Notes under the pieces: model-generated | Databases searched by the model: none | The model's input: only the letters and a program-made list of their open reading frames with translations | Told to the model about the DNA's origin: nothing | DNA from: Camelus ferus | Lineage: Eukaryota | Assembly: GCF_009834535.1 (NCBI RefSeq) | Contig: NC_045698.1 | Coordinates: 10,666,001 to 10,730,000 of the forward strand | Direction: 5' to 3' | Length of the DNA stretch: 64,000 bases | Shown: positions 13,091 to 25,700 of the stretch, in pieces | How positions within the stretch are numbered: position 1 is the first letter of the stretch | How the letters are laid out: every line of letters starts with the position of its first letter | Made by a program: the position numbers and the translations under genes

Positions 13091-15034
13091 AAAAATAATT
13101 TAAAAAAAGAAGAGAGACCCTGTGTATGAAATGAACAACTGGCTGTGAAAATGAACAATTTACATTATATGGCAAGAAAGCCACCATCATGTGGAGGCTG
13201 AGTGGGTGATCCTCTTACAGATAATTCAATAATTGAGAGACTGAGAGAGAAAAAGCGGATTATTTTTCAAGCAAACTGGGCATCAAAACTAACAAATGAC
13301 TTTCAAGTTCACAGCCTCTGACGCATGAGAAGTCATTTCCACATTTAAACTTTCCTTTCTTCCTGTGGTGCCGCTGCCCAGATAAACAGGCAGCAGACAG
13401 AAACCTACTGAACAAGTAGGTGGCAGCAGGAATATCTTATACTGACAGAGAGTCTGCAGATCCTCAGACAGCCCTGACTGACCAAAAACACTGTCCTGTT
13501 ACACGTCGTCTCCACAAATATAAAGGCTGAAGTGATCTGTCTCGAGCAGGACCATCCTTCCTTGAAAGAGGGGAATAAAAATAGGTTCTGATGAAATACG
13601 TGTAGAAAGAATTATAAAGTGAGGGAAAGTGGATTTTCCCCACCAGATCCCTGAGGGTTGGGAAGGGGATGAGATGTGAGCAGACCTAGCCTCGAAATGG
13701 TCTGTCTGCTGCACTGCAACCTATTCTTGATTAGAAATCAAAACCCAAACTGGACTAGAAGCCCAAAGGGCAATAATGACAGCGATCTGTCCAAGAGCAC
13801 AGAGAAACGTGGCTTCTTTCTTAATGTTTGAACTGAGCTGCGCTTGAATGAGAAAAAGAATGAAATGCATGTCCACAGTCACGAACTCTAGAACACCGCC
13901 CTGATGTACCACAAGAACCCACAGTACCCCCAGTGTAAGCCACGGAACGAGAATAACCATTTCAGGTTATTCATAATCAAAACAGGCAATCGTTTCCAAA
14001 CCACCCAGCTGATAAATACAATGTGAAGCCTTGCAGTTTGTGAGATGGTTTAACGAGCTGCTACGCGTGACAGCTGACACCTCTGGTTCCAGATGTGAGA
14101 GGAGGGTCCTCAGCTCTCAAGAATGAGGTCCCAAGTCCTGAGTCCCTACGAAATTTCCAGTGTCACAGCCCAGGAAGTCAGCCCTGGGTACATCCTCTTT
14201 CTGCCTGGCCCCTGCCTCGAGCCTGGCCTGTCAGAGCTCCCCTCAGTGCCCCCGGGCTCTGGTTACACACCCCCTAACAAGGGGGGCACGTCACTTTCTC
14301 GCCTCAGTAAAAATTACTTTGAAGAACACATATGAGAAGGAAAATGATCACTTTACCCAGTGGAAGATACTCTGAGATCTAGAGGTGAGAAGAAGACAGC
14401 AGTCACCTGTTAGTAATGGACAGCTTGGATGGTTAGCCCAGTCTCTCCTCGTATTTCTCTAAAAACCAACATGGCAGCACGGAAAAGAAATAAAACCCAT
14501 GGCCATAAAGCCAAATATTCAGGAGCAGGTGCTTTCCTTCTTCGGCTGCCATACTGAGACTTTTCAAAAGGCTGATGAGGCCACAAACAACTGGACACAT
14601 GCCCAACTGTCTTGAGGCTCAGCCAGAAGTGCTCAAGTCGATACTCTGGCACACAGAAGTTCTAATTACTCAGCTACTCCATGGCCTACCCAGACCCTCT
14701 GTACTGTCACACATCTGCTGCTTCCATCTGACATCTGTTTAACCCTCAGCGTTTTCAGCGCTTTACAAGCTCATCTTAGTTCCATAGAGGGACTTGAAGT
14801 CTATGGAATTGATAAAGATGACAGTGACCTGGCTCATTTTAACTGATCATTCAGAATCTCTTAAAATAAGTGCCTGATTCACAGATCAGTCTTTACACTT
14901 TCCGTCCATGGGGGCTCACAGAATTGTGCTCTTTTTTTTTTCTTTATGAGGCTATACTCAAGAGATTAAAGCACACATACCAGTGACAACAGTTTTTTTT
15001 TTTTTAACCTCTGTGATTAAAGCAGTGAGATCTG

Positions 15035-15177
15035 AGGGGAGAGGGTATAGCTCAAGCGGTAGAGCTCACGCTTAGCATGCCTGAGGTCCTGGGTTCAACC
15101 CCTGGCACCTCCTCTAAAAATAAATAACTAAGCCTAATTACCTCCCACCACCAAAAAAACTATATATATAAAAAGAT
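15035..15177 (+). mobile_element. tRNA-derived SINE (Vic-1-like)
   Basis: A and B boxes, CCTAATTACCTCCC, A tail. TSD AAAGCAGTGAGATCTG / AAAATAGTAAGATCTG. Confidence 0.88.
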
Positions 15178-15954
15178 AAAATAGTAAGATCTGCTACAAT
15201 TAAGGGAACTAATTTTTCAAGGAATAGCTAAACAGATACTAGGTTAAGACTACTTTTCCAGACTAATGCAATGTACGCATGGTTAACCTGATGATAAACA
15301 CAGCATGTTCAGCTAAGCAAATAAACTAAAATAAACCAAAGGATAAAGTACACACCAATGTGTGTTTTTCCATGCACATGTGTATCAGGTTTTCTTGACG
15401 GTTCAGCTCATGACAAATTAATGAGTGCTGTATCAGGCGAAGTGAGCACCCCATACGGGATTAAGTCACTTCTGCTGTGTGTCTAGATTTGGTCTCCTGA
15501 GAAGAAAAGAGTTGACAACTTTAAATTTGCTCTCTACCAAATTTTGTTACTCTCTTAATCCTGTGATTCTTCATCAATTCTTTTTTTTTTTTTTTTTTCC
15601 CAATTTGGATTAACAGCGTCTCTGTAATTCAGTTTCTTCATCCATCAAATGCAGACAACTCTGGTACCTACCTCATAAGGGCTCTGGTGGAGACTGAATA
15701 AATTGATTTCATCTTACTAAATAAGAGAAAATAAACATCTAAAGTAAACATGTTAGCTTTCATTATTATTTTACTCAGAAATGATAATGTATCTGAAGCT
15801 CTGCACAAACATTAGCTTTTGAGTGTTGTATGTCAAACAAGGGAGTAGATTTTCTCATTAACTCTTAAAAATTAAACTGAAAAATGCTTATGCTGCATTG
15901 TGGAACCATAAACCAAAGTCAAAATCATCACTTTGCTATTGGGTTTATTCATGT

Positions 15955-16392
15955 TCCAACAAACATCCATGTTCTCCGCTTCCTGGGCACACAGCTAAAC
16001 TATATTTCCCAGTTTCCTCTGCAGGTAGGTGGGACCATGTGACCTGTTTTGGCCAATGAAATGTGGAAGAAGTGATGTGAAATCCAGTCATTAAGATGTG
16101 GGAGAAGTAATGAAGCCAATGAAATGTGAGGATGTGGGAGCAGGTCTGGTCCCTAAGAATTCCTGAGCGAACAAACCTCTGTCCTCACCTGTTAGTTGGA
16201 TGCTGAAATCAGTGAACTCAGAGGCCCTAGAATATGGCACAACTATTACATACTGGGGACCTGGATTCCCGATGTCTGCATGGAGCACAGTCACCTCATG
16301 GACAAGGACTGTGGCACCAACAAGAAAGAAACTTCGAATCTGCCAAGTGACTGAGATGTCAGCATTCTTTGCTCAAGGAGTTAACAGACCTT
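15955..16392. mobile_element. MaLR LTR (MLT1-like)
   Basis: AAACTATATTTCCCAGTTTCCTCTGCAGGTAGGTGGGACCATGTGACC...GGCCAATGAAATGTGGAAGAAGTGATG is characteristic of MLT1. Confidence 0.7.
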
Positions 16393-17809
16393 AACCCATG
16401 GTTTTCTCCTTCCTGCAGGCATGACTGTAACGTACTTGAGTAATAACGTCAGCTAACACTTTTACCATGCGCCAAGCATCTAAGTGTTTTCCATGTATTA
16501 GCACTTTTAATCCTCTCCACTGACCTATGAGCCAGGCAGGTATTTTTTTCAGACCAGAAAAGTGAAACACAAAGAGTTCAATAATTTACCCAAGGTATCC
16601 ATCCAAGGTAAGGTGAAGAACTGGAGTACAAGCTTCAGTCAAGTCCTAGAGCTGGTATTCTCAACCACTAGAATATACTGCCTTTTAAATATAAATGCAC
16701 AAACACTGCACACGCATCTTTGGGATTATTCACCTTGGTGTTGCATAGGGTCAGTCCAGGCTCAGCCAAGAAGGCTGGTTGTCAATAAGGGATCCCCAGA
16801 GCATCCTTTCAGGGCACACCCCACTTTCTCATTTAAGTGGGGAGCTCATCATTCCTTTGGCTTCCTGGGGCTCCTAACTGAGGGATCATGTCTGGGCACA
16901 TTCCATACACCCTCTCCCTTTGTTGTCTCTCTGCTCTGTCCTAAATCCTATTTCCCTTGGGATCCTGCTAACTGAAAATTGATCACTCAGCAAGTGAACA
17001 CATTCCATCAAGGTTCTCCTTCTCCGATTCTCTGTTCATTTCAACAGAGATTTTAACAGAGGCCTTCAAGGGACAATGCCATAATCTGAAATGGTAATTT
17101 GACTTCTGAGAGTTTCCAACATCTCCGGGGAGGCACAGGAGCCATGTTTGTTTGGATAAAGGGGAGTATTTGGCGCACCTCCGATCCCACCATGCGGGCA
17201 CCGACTCTAGTGTGGGATAGAGCACGTGACTACAGACCAACTGTAAAACACGTCTCTTTATTTCTAGGCTGTGGCTGCAACACCCTACTTCAAGCGCTGT
17301 CATCTGCTCTATGCCAGTTAGGAAAAGGAGCCACGGTAATCCCACCAGACGACTGGACATGAAGTTGTCCGTGACAGGTCAGCCTGGATACCTCCCAAAG
17401 ATATCTCCCATCGTTAAAGACAAGTTTGTCTTCACTGCAGTGCAGTTCTTTGAGCCCACGCCATGGAATAAAAACCATCAGTAACATACACTCTAGTGAG
17501 GCCCTCATTATGTGGAAATTTTACTTGTGAAAATGTTTCATAGCCTAGACTCCAGCCATGCTACAGGAAAGTATAGCTTACCAAACTAAGGCGCTGTGTC
17601 CAAATCAGAGGTAAATAACAAGCCAGCAAATGACTCTCCCTCAGAGGTACCAATTTTTAAGGTCTGGATTACTCAAAGGAATTCCTTATGAGGCAATGAT
17701 TCAGAAGCAAGTTCAAAACAGGGATACTGCAGTTCTAGTCAACTGGTGGCTCTTGCTGTGCACTCTAATGAAGAGAAATAATAGAAGCCAGAAGAACTAG
17801 TCGAACAGT

Positions 17810-17975
17810 CACTACCACCCTATGAAATACGTTTCCTATCATCTTTTTACCAGCTCTTTACAGAGGAGGAAGCAGGCTGAGAGGAGGTAAGTGATTTCAT
17901 CAAGGTGACATCATGAGGAAGTGGCCAAGCCAGGACTTGAACTCCGGTGAACTCTGCTGGTACTTGTAACCACTA
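17810..17975. mobile_element. MIR fragment
   Basis: TTTACAGAGGAGGAAGCAGGCTGAGAGGAGGTAAGTGATTTCATCAAGGTGACA...GGACTTGAACTC. Confidence 0.65.
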
Positions 17976-20900
17976 CCAAACTGGGTATAACCAGAAACAC
18001 TCATCCTGGTGATCAGATTTCTAGAAATAATCCGATCGAAAAAATCAAAAGCTGAACATCCTATATATAGTGAGGACTCAGCTTCTCCTGGAAAAGATCA
18101 GAGTTCTACAATCATATGGCCTCTCTCCGACACAGAAGAAGAAAAGAGTCAAACGCCTGCTTTATAAGTAAACTACCAAATGCTTAGGAAGAATGCATGT
18201 GGGCAAGTTGCCTGTTCTTGTGCAGCAAATCAACAGGAATGCTTGACACATGAGCTAGAATACACCTCGGCCAGGCCAGGGCTGCCCAAATCACTACACA
18301 TTACGAGCGTCTGAAGAATCAGTCCTAGAAACTGCCTCCCAGCAAAACAATCAGATCAAATCAAAGGGTTGTTAGCTATGTCCTGTGTTCTGGGCAAGGG
18401 ACCTGAGGCAAAAAGAAGCTATTTTCCCCATCCTCAAGATCTGTAAAAGATGTAAGACGTAAGTTCCGTGTCTTCATCGAAGCTCATCAACTCTCCTAAC
18501 CAAGTAGTAATTTCAGCCAAGGAAGAACCAGCCTAGCCTCTAAATAGGTCCTTGGGAACATTAGTACCGTGTTCTGTAAGTCGGGGAACTGCTAATACTG
18601 CATTTCTGACCTTGGTTTTGCAATTTTGGGATCAGAGGGAAGAAGCTACCCATCTTCTCTTTATTGGTAAGATAAATGGAAAGTACCATGTTTTAAGTTG
18701 AAAAGCACCTCTTTAAATGATACCCTAAAATCACCATGACAGACTGCAGACTTAAGGACAACCACTGAGCAGGTTTTTTAAAAATGGGTATGCTAAGCAA
18801 AAATGTTAGGCAGAAAACTTCTTGGGTATTTGTGGCTTCCCTTCAGAACAATCCTCTTTTGTGCCTGGGCTCGTTGGGCAAGCGTGTTTTCCTAACGCAG
18901 GGCCCCATCATGCGGAGAACACATTACTTGTGGCTAGCCCCCAGCGCTGGCACTACCGTGCCCGTTACACACACCCACGCGGGCCGGAACGCCCGGAGGT
19001 GGGGACAGAACGAACAGGAAAGTTGTCCCTGCACTGAGGGAAGAGGCCAAATCAAACACACCCCGGGGCCTGTGGTGGGGAAAAAGAAGAGGCCGGAAAG
19101 ATACTCCCTGGTGGCCTGGCATGTTTAAATGTTGTGGGTTCGGGGGATGGGGGTGCTAGTGTCAAGCTTTGGGGGTAAAAAACAACATCTCTAACTTAGA
19201 AAAATAGTTCGGTCAGTAGTGAAAGATTACAGCCACAGAAAGCACCAAACACACTAGCAGAGAGCTGTTTAAGAGCCCGAGGTCAGGGATCTGTTTTCCC
19301 AAAGTGCCTTCCCACTGGCCACCCTCCCAAGCACTGCCCAGGAAGGCCAGCCCTGGCGCTGGCCCTGCCCGTGAAGCACTGAATCTGATTCCGACTTTCC
19401 ATCACGTCTAGCCCAGTGCCTTGGCACTGCAGAAGGTTTGCCTGGGACTTGCCTGGCTTTGGCCCTGAGAGGCCTGGATCCTGGGAAACCCTTCAGTCCT
19501 GGGCAGCCTGGGCCAGCTGGTGACTGTAAAAGGTATCTCGTGTTCTCAGCAGGCCCTCATGGAGACGTGGTTCAATGGTCCTTTTCCCCCCCGACCCTTA
19601 CAAGGACACACTTATAGATGAAGCGACTTTTTTGATAAATAGAATATGATTCAAGGGAAATTATAATTTTGAGTATGCCCAGTGCTGAACCACATATAAG
19701 GTAACATATCCAAACATATTTAAAGCTGTTTTAAGTCATATAGGGCTATCTCTCTCATGTATTTTTTTTTTACATTAAGATATACTATTTAATAATACTA
19801 TTGCCGGTGCATTTAAAAGCCACATTCTTTCAACTTGAATCTGCACAAAGTGTTAGAACTCTTGTGATTTGAGAGAACTACCCCCCATGGAGTTGTGACC
19901 TAGTAGCCCCAGCCTCCCATGTGGAAGTCTGCCTTGGGGAGGAGGGGAGTGAGGCAGGAGCAAACAGGACCCATGGTTGATCCCCAATCTCTGGTCTCCC
20001 CTTACGAATACTTGACCCCACCTGTCTCCACTGTCCTCCATGAAATGCCAACTTCCCCGACTGGCTAGCTTGACTCACACTCTCAAGGCAGAGTGGGCAG
20101 CAAAAGGATGTGGATGAAGGAAGGACTGCAGAATTTCCTCATTCTGCCATGACCACCATTTGGTCTTTCTTGTAGCAAACCCCCTGGGGCCACTTCATCA
20201 GGCATTTGATTGCCTCTCCAGGGTCCCCAGTGACCCCAGGCTGCCCACCCAATGGCGTCCTTTCACTCAATTGACTGCTTTGGGATTCTGGAGACACAGC
20301 GTGAGGCTGCCTGGGTTTTGTTGCTGATTATTTGCTGATTTTCATGATGTCATAGAACCTCATTTCTTTCAATGGCTGTTTAAACATATGCTAACCATTT
20401 GCAAAGGTCAGGAACCAGGAAAATAAAAATCTTTGAAAATGGTTTTATTGTAGTTCACCCACCTTTGCCCAAGCTTACTTGGCCACAGTCTCCAATATTC
20501 ACCCAAAGCTTCCCACTATCCTGCCTGCATAATGTGGGAAACTTACTCAACTAAGCTATTCACAGACTTAAAAACAAACATTCTCTCCTCCTCAACCTGC
20601 ATATTAATCTTGCTAATTGAGGAAAAGCAGTTACCCAATCACAGACTATTTCCTGTAGATTAATCTTTTTTTTTATCACCAAGTTAAATTAAGAAAGATA
20701 AGGAAGAGAGAGAACCTTTAAGGAACAAAGATTAATCATTTATGAAAGGTATTTTGCTTTTAAAACTAACCTAAATTTTGAAGGAAAAAAATAAAATCCT
20801 TGCCCAGCAAAATACCCAATTCTCCCTCAGTATTTCTCAAGAGCCCCTAACACCCACAGTGCACAGTTCTACCCAAAATTACAGTGAAATTTCCTGGCAG

Positions 20901-22129
20901 CCTCCTACCAAGAAGAGTAATTTTTAGATCAATAACTTCCAAATACAAGTTTTAAAAAATATTTTCTGGTCTGAAAATCACATGAAGAAATTAGTCTTTA
21001 AGCAGTTACCTTTCCAAAAGAGAACACAGTTCAAAAACTAAAAACGTAACAAGTATTTTAAGGTTTTTAAAAGGTTGCTGTCACAGACATAAATTTTATC
21101 GTCTCAGTGGAAATACTGACAGTTTTCCATGTGTAAGTAAATAATATTCCTACTATTGTGTTTTGTTATAAGGTCCCCAAATAGTTGCAATGAGGGAAAA
21201 AATAATTCTAAATTATAAAAAGCAGATCCCTTCCCTGAAAATTCAGTAACCAAAGTCAGTGATCAAATTGCTAGTAAATGGTTCCAGCGGCACACACAGG
21301 GGAAAAAGTAAAAGTAAACACGTGGCATCTAGTAAACATCTAGCATCAAGTCATCTAGAAAACACAGAGTGAGAATGGAAAACAAATTCTAATAGAATAT
21401 TTAAAACTGCTTCAAGAGGAATCAGAGGAGGTAAGTTTCCAACATGGTTAAAGGAAGTTTGAATTACTATTTGTGCTTTAGTTTTCTAGCTTTAAAATGG
21501 GAATCTAGATTTCCATTCCACCGTGAAAGCAATGAAAAAGTTGGGAAGAATATGACTACTGAGAAAGTGGGAAAACGCATCCTTTTTGAAAAGGAGAAAT
21601 TAAACTAGTTTCCAAAAATTACTTCCAGCTACCTTCCAATTGACAATTAAAATATATCTGTCTATAACCGAATGAGTGAGTGGCCGGAGACAATTTCTGG
21701 TGCTTAATGTGTTTCCGATTTCTTGATGCAATTACGCAGCTGGTTTGGTGGGCCCCGAGCTTGGCCAACTTGGTTCTTATTCCTGTGTCTCAGCGCAGTC
21801 GGGCAGCAAACAGAACCACAGTGAGGTCAGTGGCTTTCCTCCACTCATCTTAAGGCTCTCGATAGATCATATCTTCAGGTGCTCACAGGCAGGTGAATAC
21901 TCATTCCATTCTTGAACCATAGTGTAGCCACACATTTTGGAAGTTCTACCAGAGAAGACTGGAAAGAAGTGTAAGCAGCTCTTTTGCCCGTTTTCTGTTT
22001 GTTCAGCTGTTTTCCTCACACCTTAATCGTAAAGATGAGCTCACTAGGCAACATTTAACCTGACTCCTGATTTTTGCTTTATCGAATGTACACAGTGCCT
22101 TGTCTAACCTGTTGATACCTTTCCTGGAT

Positions 22130-22562
22130 TAGAAGGAGTAAGAATGAAGAATTAAGTAGTTGAAGAATGACTGACTCTCTACCCCTAGTTTCCCCTTAGT
22201 AAATTTGCAGGTGGACCCTGCAGGTGCAGGTGGGACCACACAGGAAAGAGAGCATCTAACTGCAGGCGAATCATGTGAGCAAGACAGCATCCAAGGGAAG
22301 ATCAGGAGCCAGCACGTCTGCATGCAGTGGGAAAATGACAATCCGACCTCTCACCTTAATGATTAACTGAGACTGTTTCCCCTTTTTCCCTTTAAAAACC
22401 ATCATGGCTGAGCAGGATCTTCAGAGTTGGTCTCTGGACATGAGTCCACCTTCTCCTCAGACTGCCAGCTTTTCTGAATAAAGCACCTTTCCTTTCCAGA
22501 GACACATGCCTCTCGATCATTGGCTTTTGAGCAGCAAGCAGCCGAACCTGAGTTTGGTAACA
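22130..22562 (+). mobile_element. ERV1 solo LTR (MER41-like 3' end)
   Basis: TTTAAAA box, AATAAA at 22477-22482, terminal GCAGCCGAACCTGAGTTTGGTAACA. Start is approximate. Confidence 0.7.
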
Positions 22563-22724
22563 GAAGAACTGACTTAACACGCTCATTAAAAATGAGGTGT
22601 CTTTCTTGATACTCTGACAAACCCTCTTCTGTAAAGCTCAGGTCTTGGGGTGGGAGTGGGGTTCATTCACTGACAAGGGTGTTAGCTATTCACAGTAACT
22701 GGTAACAGACTAGACAAAGGTCTC

Positions 22725-23200
22725 ACTTACTAAAAACAAACAAACATCACATAATGTAAAAGCTGTGAGTCGAATTCTTCCAGTGTCTTACTGAGGACTA
22801 TATACTGGGAGATAGCCTCCAGACGGCTCTGAGAAACTGTCCTGACAAGGTGGGGGGTGGGGTCAGTACTTATATAATTATGGTGAGGGGAGCATGCCAC
22901 AAAGCACACATCTCAGTAGAAGGGTGCTGTTAGGCATGAGGAGCAGACATCTTGGTTTTTTAATAATTTTAGTGCTTTCCTAGGTTTAAGAAGATGCAAG
23001 AGATTGGGTTCACAAAATTTTCTGCTAAAAATACCCAGCTATCTGAAGGCCTGTTCTGCCAGTTCTTCCCAGGGCACAGAGAGCCTCATTCCTGGTCTCC
23101 ACCCTGGACTCCTTTCAGGGTGTGTTGAAGGTCAGTGGCCACAGTGGTTAATGACCTAGTCCTTGTAGAGCTGGCTGGCAGGTGACATTCTTTAGTTGGC
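22725..23200 (-). mobile_element. ERV1 solo LTR, related to 42212-42712
   Basis: Reverse-complement similarity to the 42.2-42.7 kb LTR (TTTAGTGCTTTCCTAGG, AAGATGCAAGAGATTGGGTTCAC, AAAAGCTGTGAGT). Confidence 0.65.
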
Positions 23201-23231
23201 TCCTGTATAGCTTGCTGGGCTGTTAGCAACA

Positions 23232-23654
23232 CCGGTTTCCCTTGCTATGCGAGAGCAGAGCGTTCTGATGAAAACTTTCGTAAGCCAACATGGTGTAAAG
23301 TGAAGAATCAATTACTTAAAGACACATCTTGCTAACAGGATGCACAAAATAAATCGAGATAAAGCACAGATGCTCACAGACACAGCTGAAAGCCATGAGA
23401 CTTGATGCTGAGATGCTGAGTATGGTTCCCAGTGAAGGAGCTTGGCGGGGCCCATCTTCCTGGTCTATGCATGAGCTGCCCTACAAGGGATCACTGAGAA
23501 ACTAATGCTGAATGCTATTTTGCTTTTCATCTTTTCCCCTAAATTTGAAAACCCTCTTTGGATTTCTTTCAGTTAGCCAGAACAGGTACTAACGTAGGTC
23601 TTTCATAAAACTGAAGTGGCGCCTAACGAACTTTTGAAAAGTGGGGGATACCTG
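23232..23654. mobile_element. TcMar-Tigger non-autonomous DNA transposon
   Basis: Degenerate terminal inverted repeats (CCGGTTTCCCTTGCT ... AAGTGGGGGATACCTG) followed by TA. Internal sequence recognised as Tigger-type. Confidence 0.7.
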
Positions 23655-23824
23655 TACCAATCCTTGTAACACCTGAAGCTTGTGCTTTCCCTGGCCTGTC
23701 TTAGGGCTGATTCCCAAGGTTGCAGGTGTAAAGAAGGGTAAGGATCACTTAAGCATTCAGGACTGAAAAGGTTCCTGTGCAACCTTAAAAGCAAGTGATG
23801 ATATTTGCCAGAGACCTTTGAAAA

Positions 23825-24348
23825 CAGACAGTGGAAGCAATCTAAACATCTATGGACAGATGACTGGATAAAGATGTCTTTTATATATATGTATATTTAT
23901 ATATATCATTTATAAGTATTTTTTATACACACACAATGGAATACTAGTCAGCCATAAAAAAGAATGAAATAATGCCATTGGTAGTGACATGGATGGACTT
24001 AGAGATTATCATACTAAGTGAAGTAAGTCAGATAAAGAAAGACAAATATCATATGATATCACTTATATGTGGAATCTAAAGAATATGACACAAATGAATT
24101 TATTTATAAAACAGAAGCAGACTCACAGACACAGAAAAACTTATGGTTATCAAAAGGGAAGGAGGCAGAGGATAAATTAGGAATTTGAGATTTGTAGATA
24201 CAAACTACTATATATATAAAATAGACTAACAACTAAGACTATGAAAAAGAATATATATATATATACACATGTAACTGAGTCACTATGCTGTGCACAGAAA
24301 CTAACACAACATTGTAAATCAACTATACTTCAATTTTTTTAAAAAAAG
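23825..24348 (+). mobile_element. L1 3' end (ORF2 tail and 3' UTR), 5'-truncated
   Basis: ATGGAATACTAGTCAGCCATAAAAAAGAATGAAATAATGCCATT, ATCACTTATATGTGGAATCTAAA, CAACTATACTTCAAT plus A tail. Confidence 0.9.
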
Positions 24349-25018
24349 GGAAAAGAAAGAGAAGATAGTTAAGATGTTACCCACTGTGGCCCGGCCTGGG
24401 CTGGGCCCGAGGGAGATGAGCCCGGCTGACCTGAGGCCCGCCCAACTCATCATATTCTACAAGGAGAGCCCGATCTGGTGCATAATTCTATCCCCTTGTG
24501 GGTCACTCCTTCATTCACGTAACAGAAATACGTATGTGCAAAGGGACTGTCTGCCGTCACCCAACAACGCGCTCCATCTCCCTCCTGCACTGACCACTCC
24601 TCTCAGTAACACACCACCTCAGACTTGGCCGCAGGAAGGAGTCAGGATACCAAACAGCACCACTGCAGGGCTCGGTGGGGCTCCAGAGGACCTGCACCCC
24701 ATTGTGCGCCGATCTGGCTTAAATTCACAGCGTGGCTCCCCTTCCACAAAAATTCATAAGCATCTTTAAAGTATGGAGATAACTACTGTGATTTTATATA
24801 TAATTTTAAAGCACAAAGAAAGAAGGACGGATGACAGGGGGTCGGGGGGAGAACGTGGGCTCTGCCGTTGGCCTGTGGGCACAGAGGAGGGCTCTGTCGC
24901 CCGACCCTGGACAAGTTATCTGCTGCCTTCAGCTTCAGTTTCCCCATCTGTAAAATGGAGAAATTAACAGAAGCCGCCCCAGGGGAAGAACCCTCCATTG
25001 AAAATGCTCAGCCTTGCA

Positions 25019-25320
25019 GGAGAAGGCAGAGCTCAGTGATAGTATGTGCTCAGCAGGCATGAGAACCTGGGTTCAACCTCCAGTACCTCCATTAAAAAAA
25101 TAAATATTTTGAAATGCGCACCTCTTGGGGAGTGATGGAAATGTTAGCTATCTTGACTGCGGTGGTGGTTTCATGGGTGTAGACATCTATCAAAATTTAT
25201 CAAATTGTACATCTGACATATGTGTAGTTTACAGAAATTTTACTACAATACAGGTGTTTAAAAATAAAATAAAAATTCGAAAATAAATAAACCTAATTAC
25301 CTTCCCCTCACCAAAAAATT
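25019..25320 (+). mobile_element. tRNA-derived SINE (Vic-1-like) interrupted by a 173-nt insertion (25107-25279)
   Basis: SINE head 25019-25106 and tail (AAATAAACCTAATTACCTTCCCC) 25280-25320. Outer TSD AAAATGCTCAGCCTTGCA / AAAATACTCAGTCTTTGCA. Confidence 0.82.
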
Positions 25321-25514
25321 AAAATACTCAGTCTTTGCACGATCTGGGGTAAAAAGTTGTCCGCAAACAGCAATGGCTGTTGTCGTCACTGTTGCTGACT
25401 GCAGCAGAGGCGAGCGTGCTCAGAGTCGGGGACGAAGGGGCAGTGTTGGGGGAAACCCACATGCACTGACGATTTACGAGGACATTTCTTGAGATTCTTA
25501 AAAATGTAAAGCTC

Positions 25515-25700
25515 TATTGGTCTTGGGCAAGTCACTTACCCTCTCTGTGCCTTAATTTCCTCATTGGGAGAAAGAGGATCCTAACAGTAGCTGTTTGCTA
25601 GCGTTATTCAGCAGATTGATGGATTAATATACATAAAGCGTTTAGAGCCATTCTCTGGAACAGAGTCAGGACTATTTAACCCTTTGTTATCACCATCATG
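25515..25700. mobile_element. MIR fragment
   Basis: TCTTGGGCAAGTCACTTACCCTCTCTGTGCCTTAATTTCCTCAT...TAATATACATAAAGCGTTTAGA. Confidence 0.7.
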
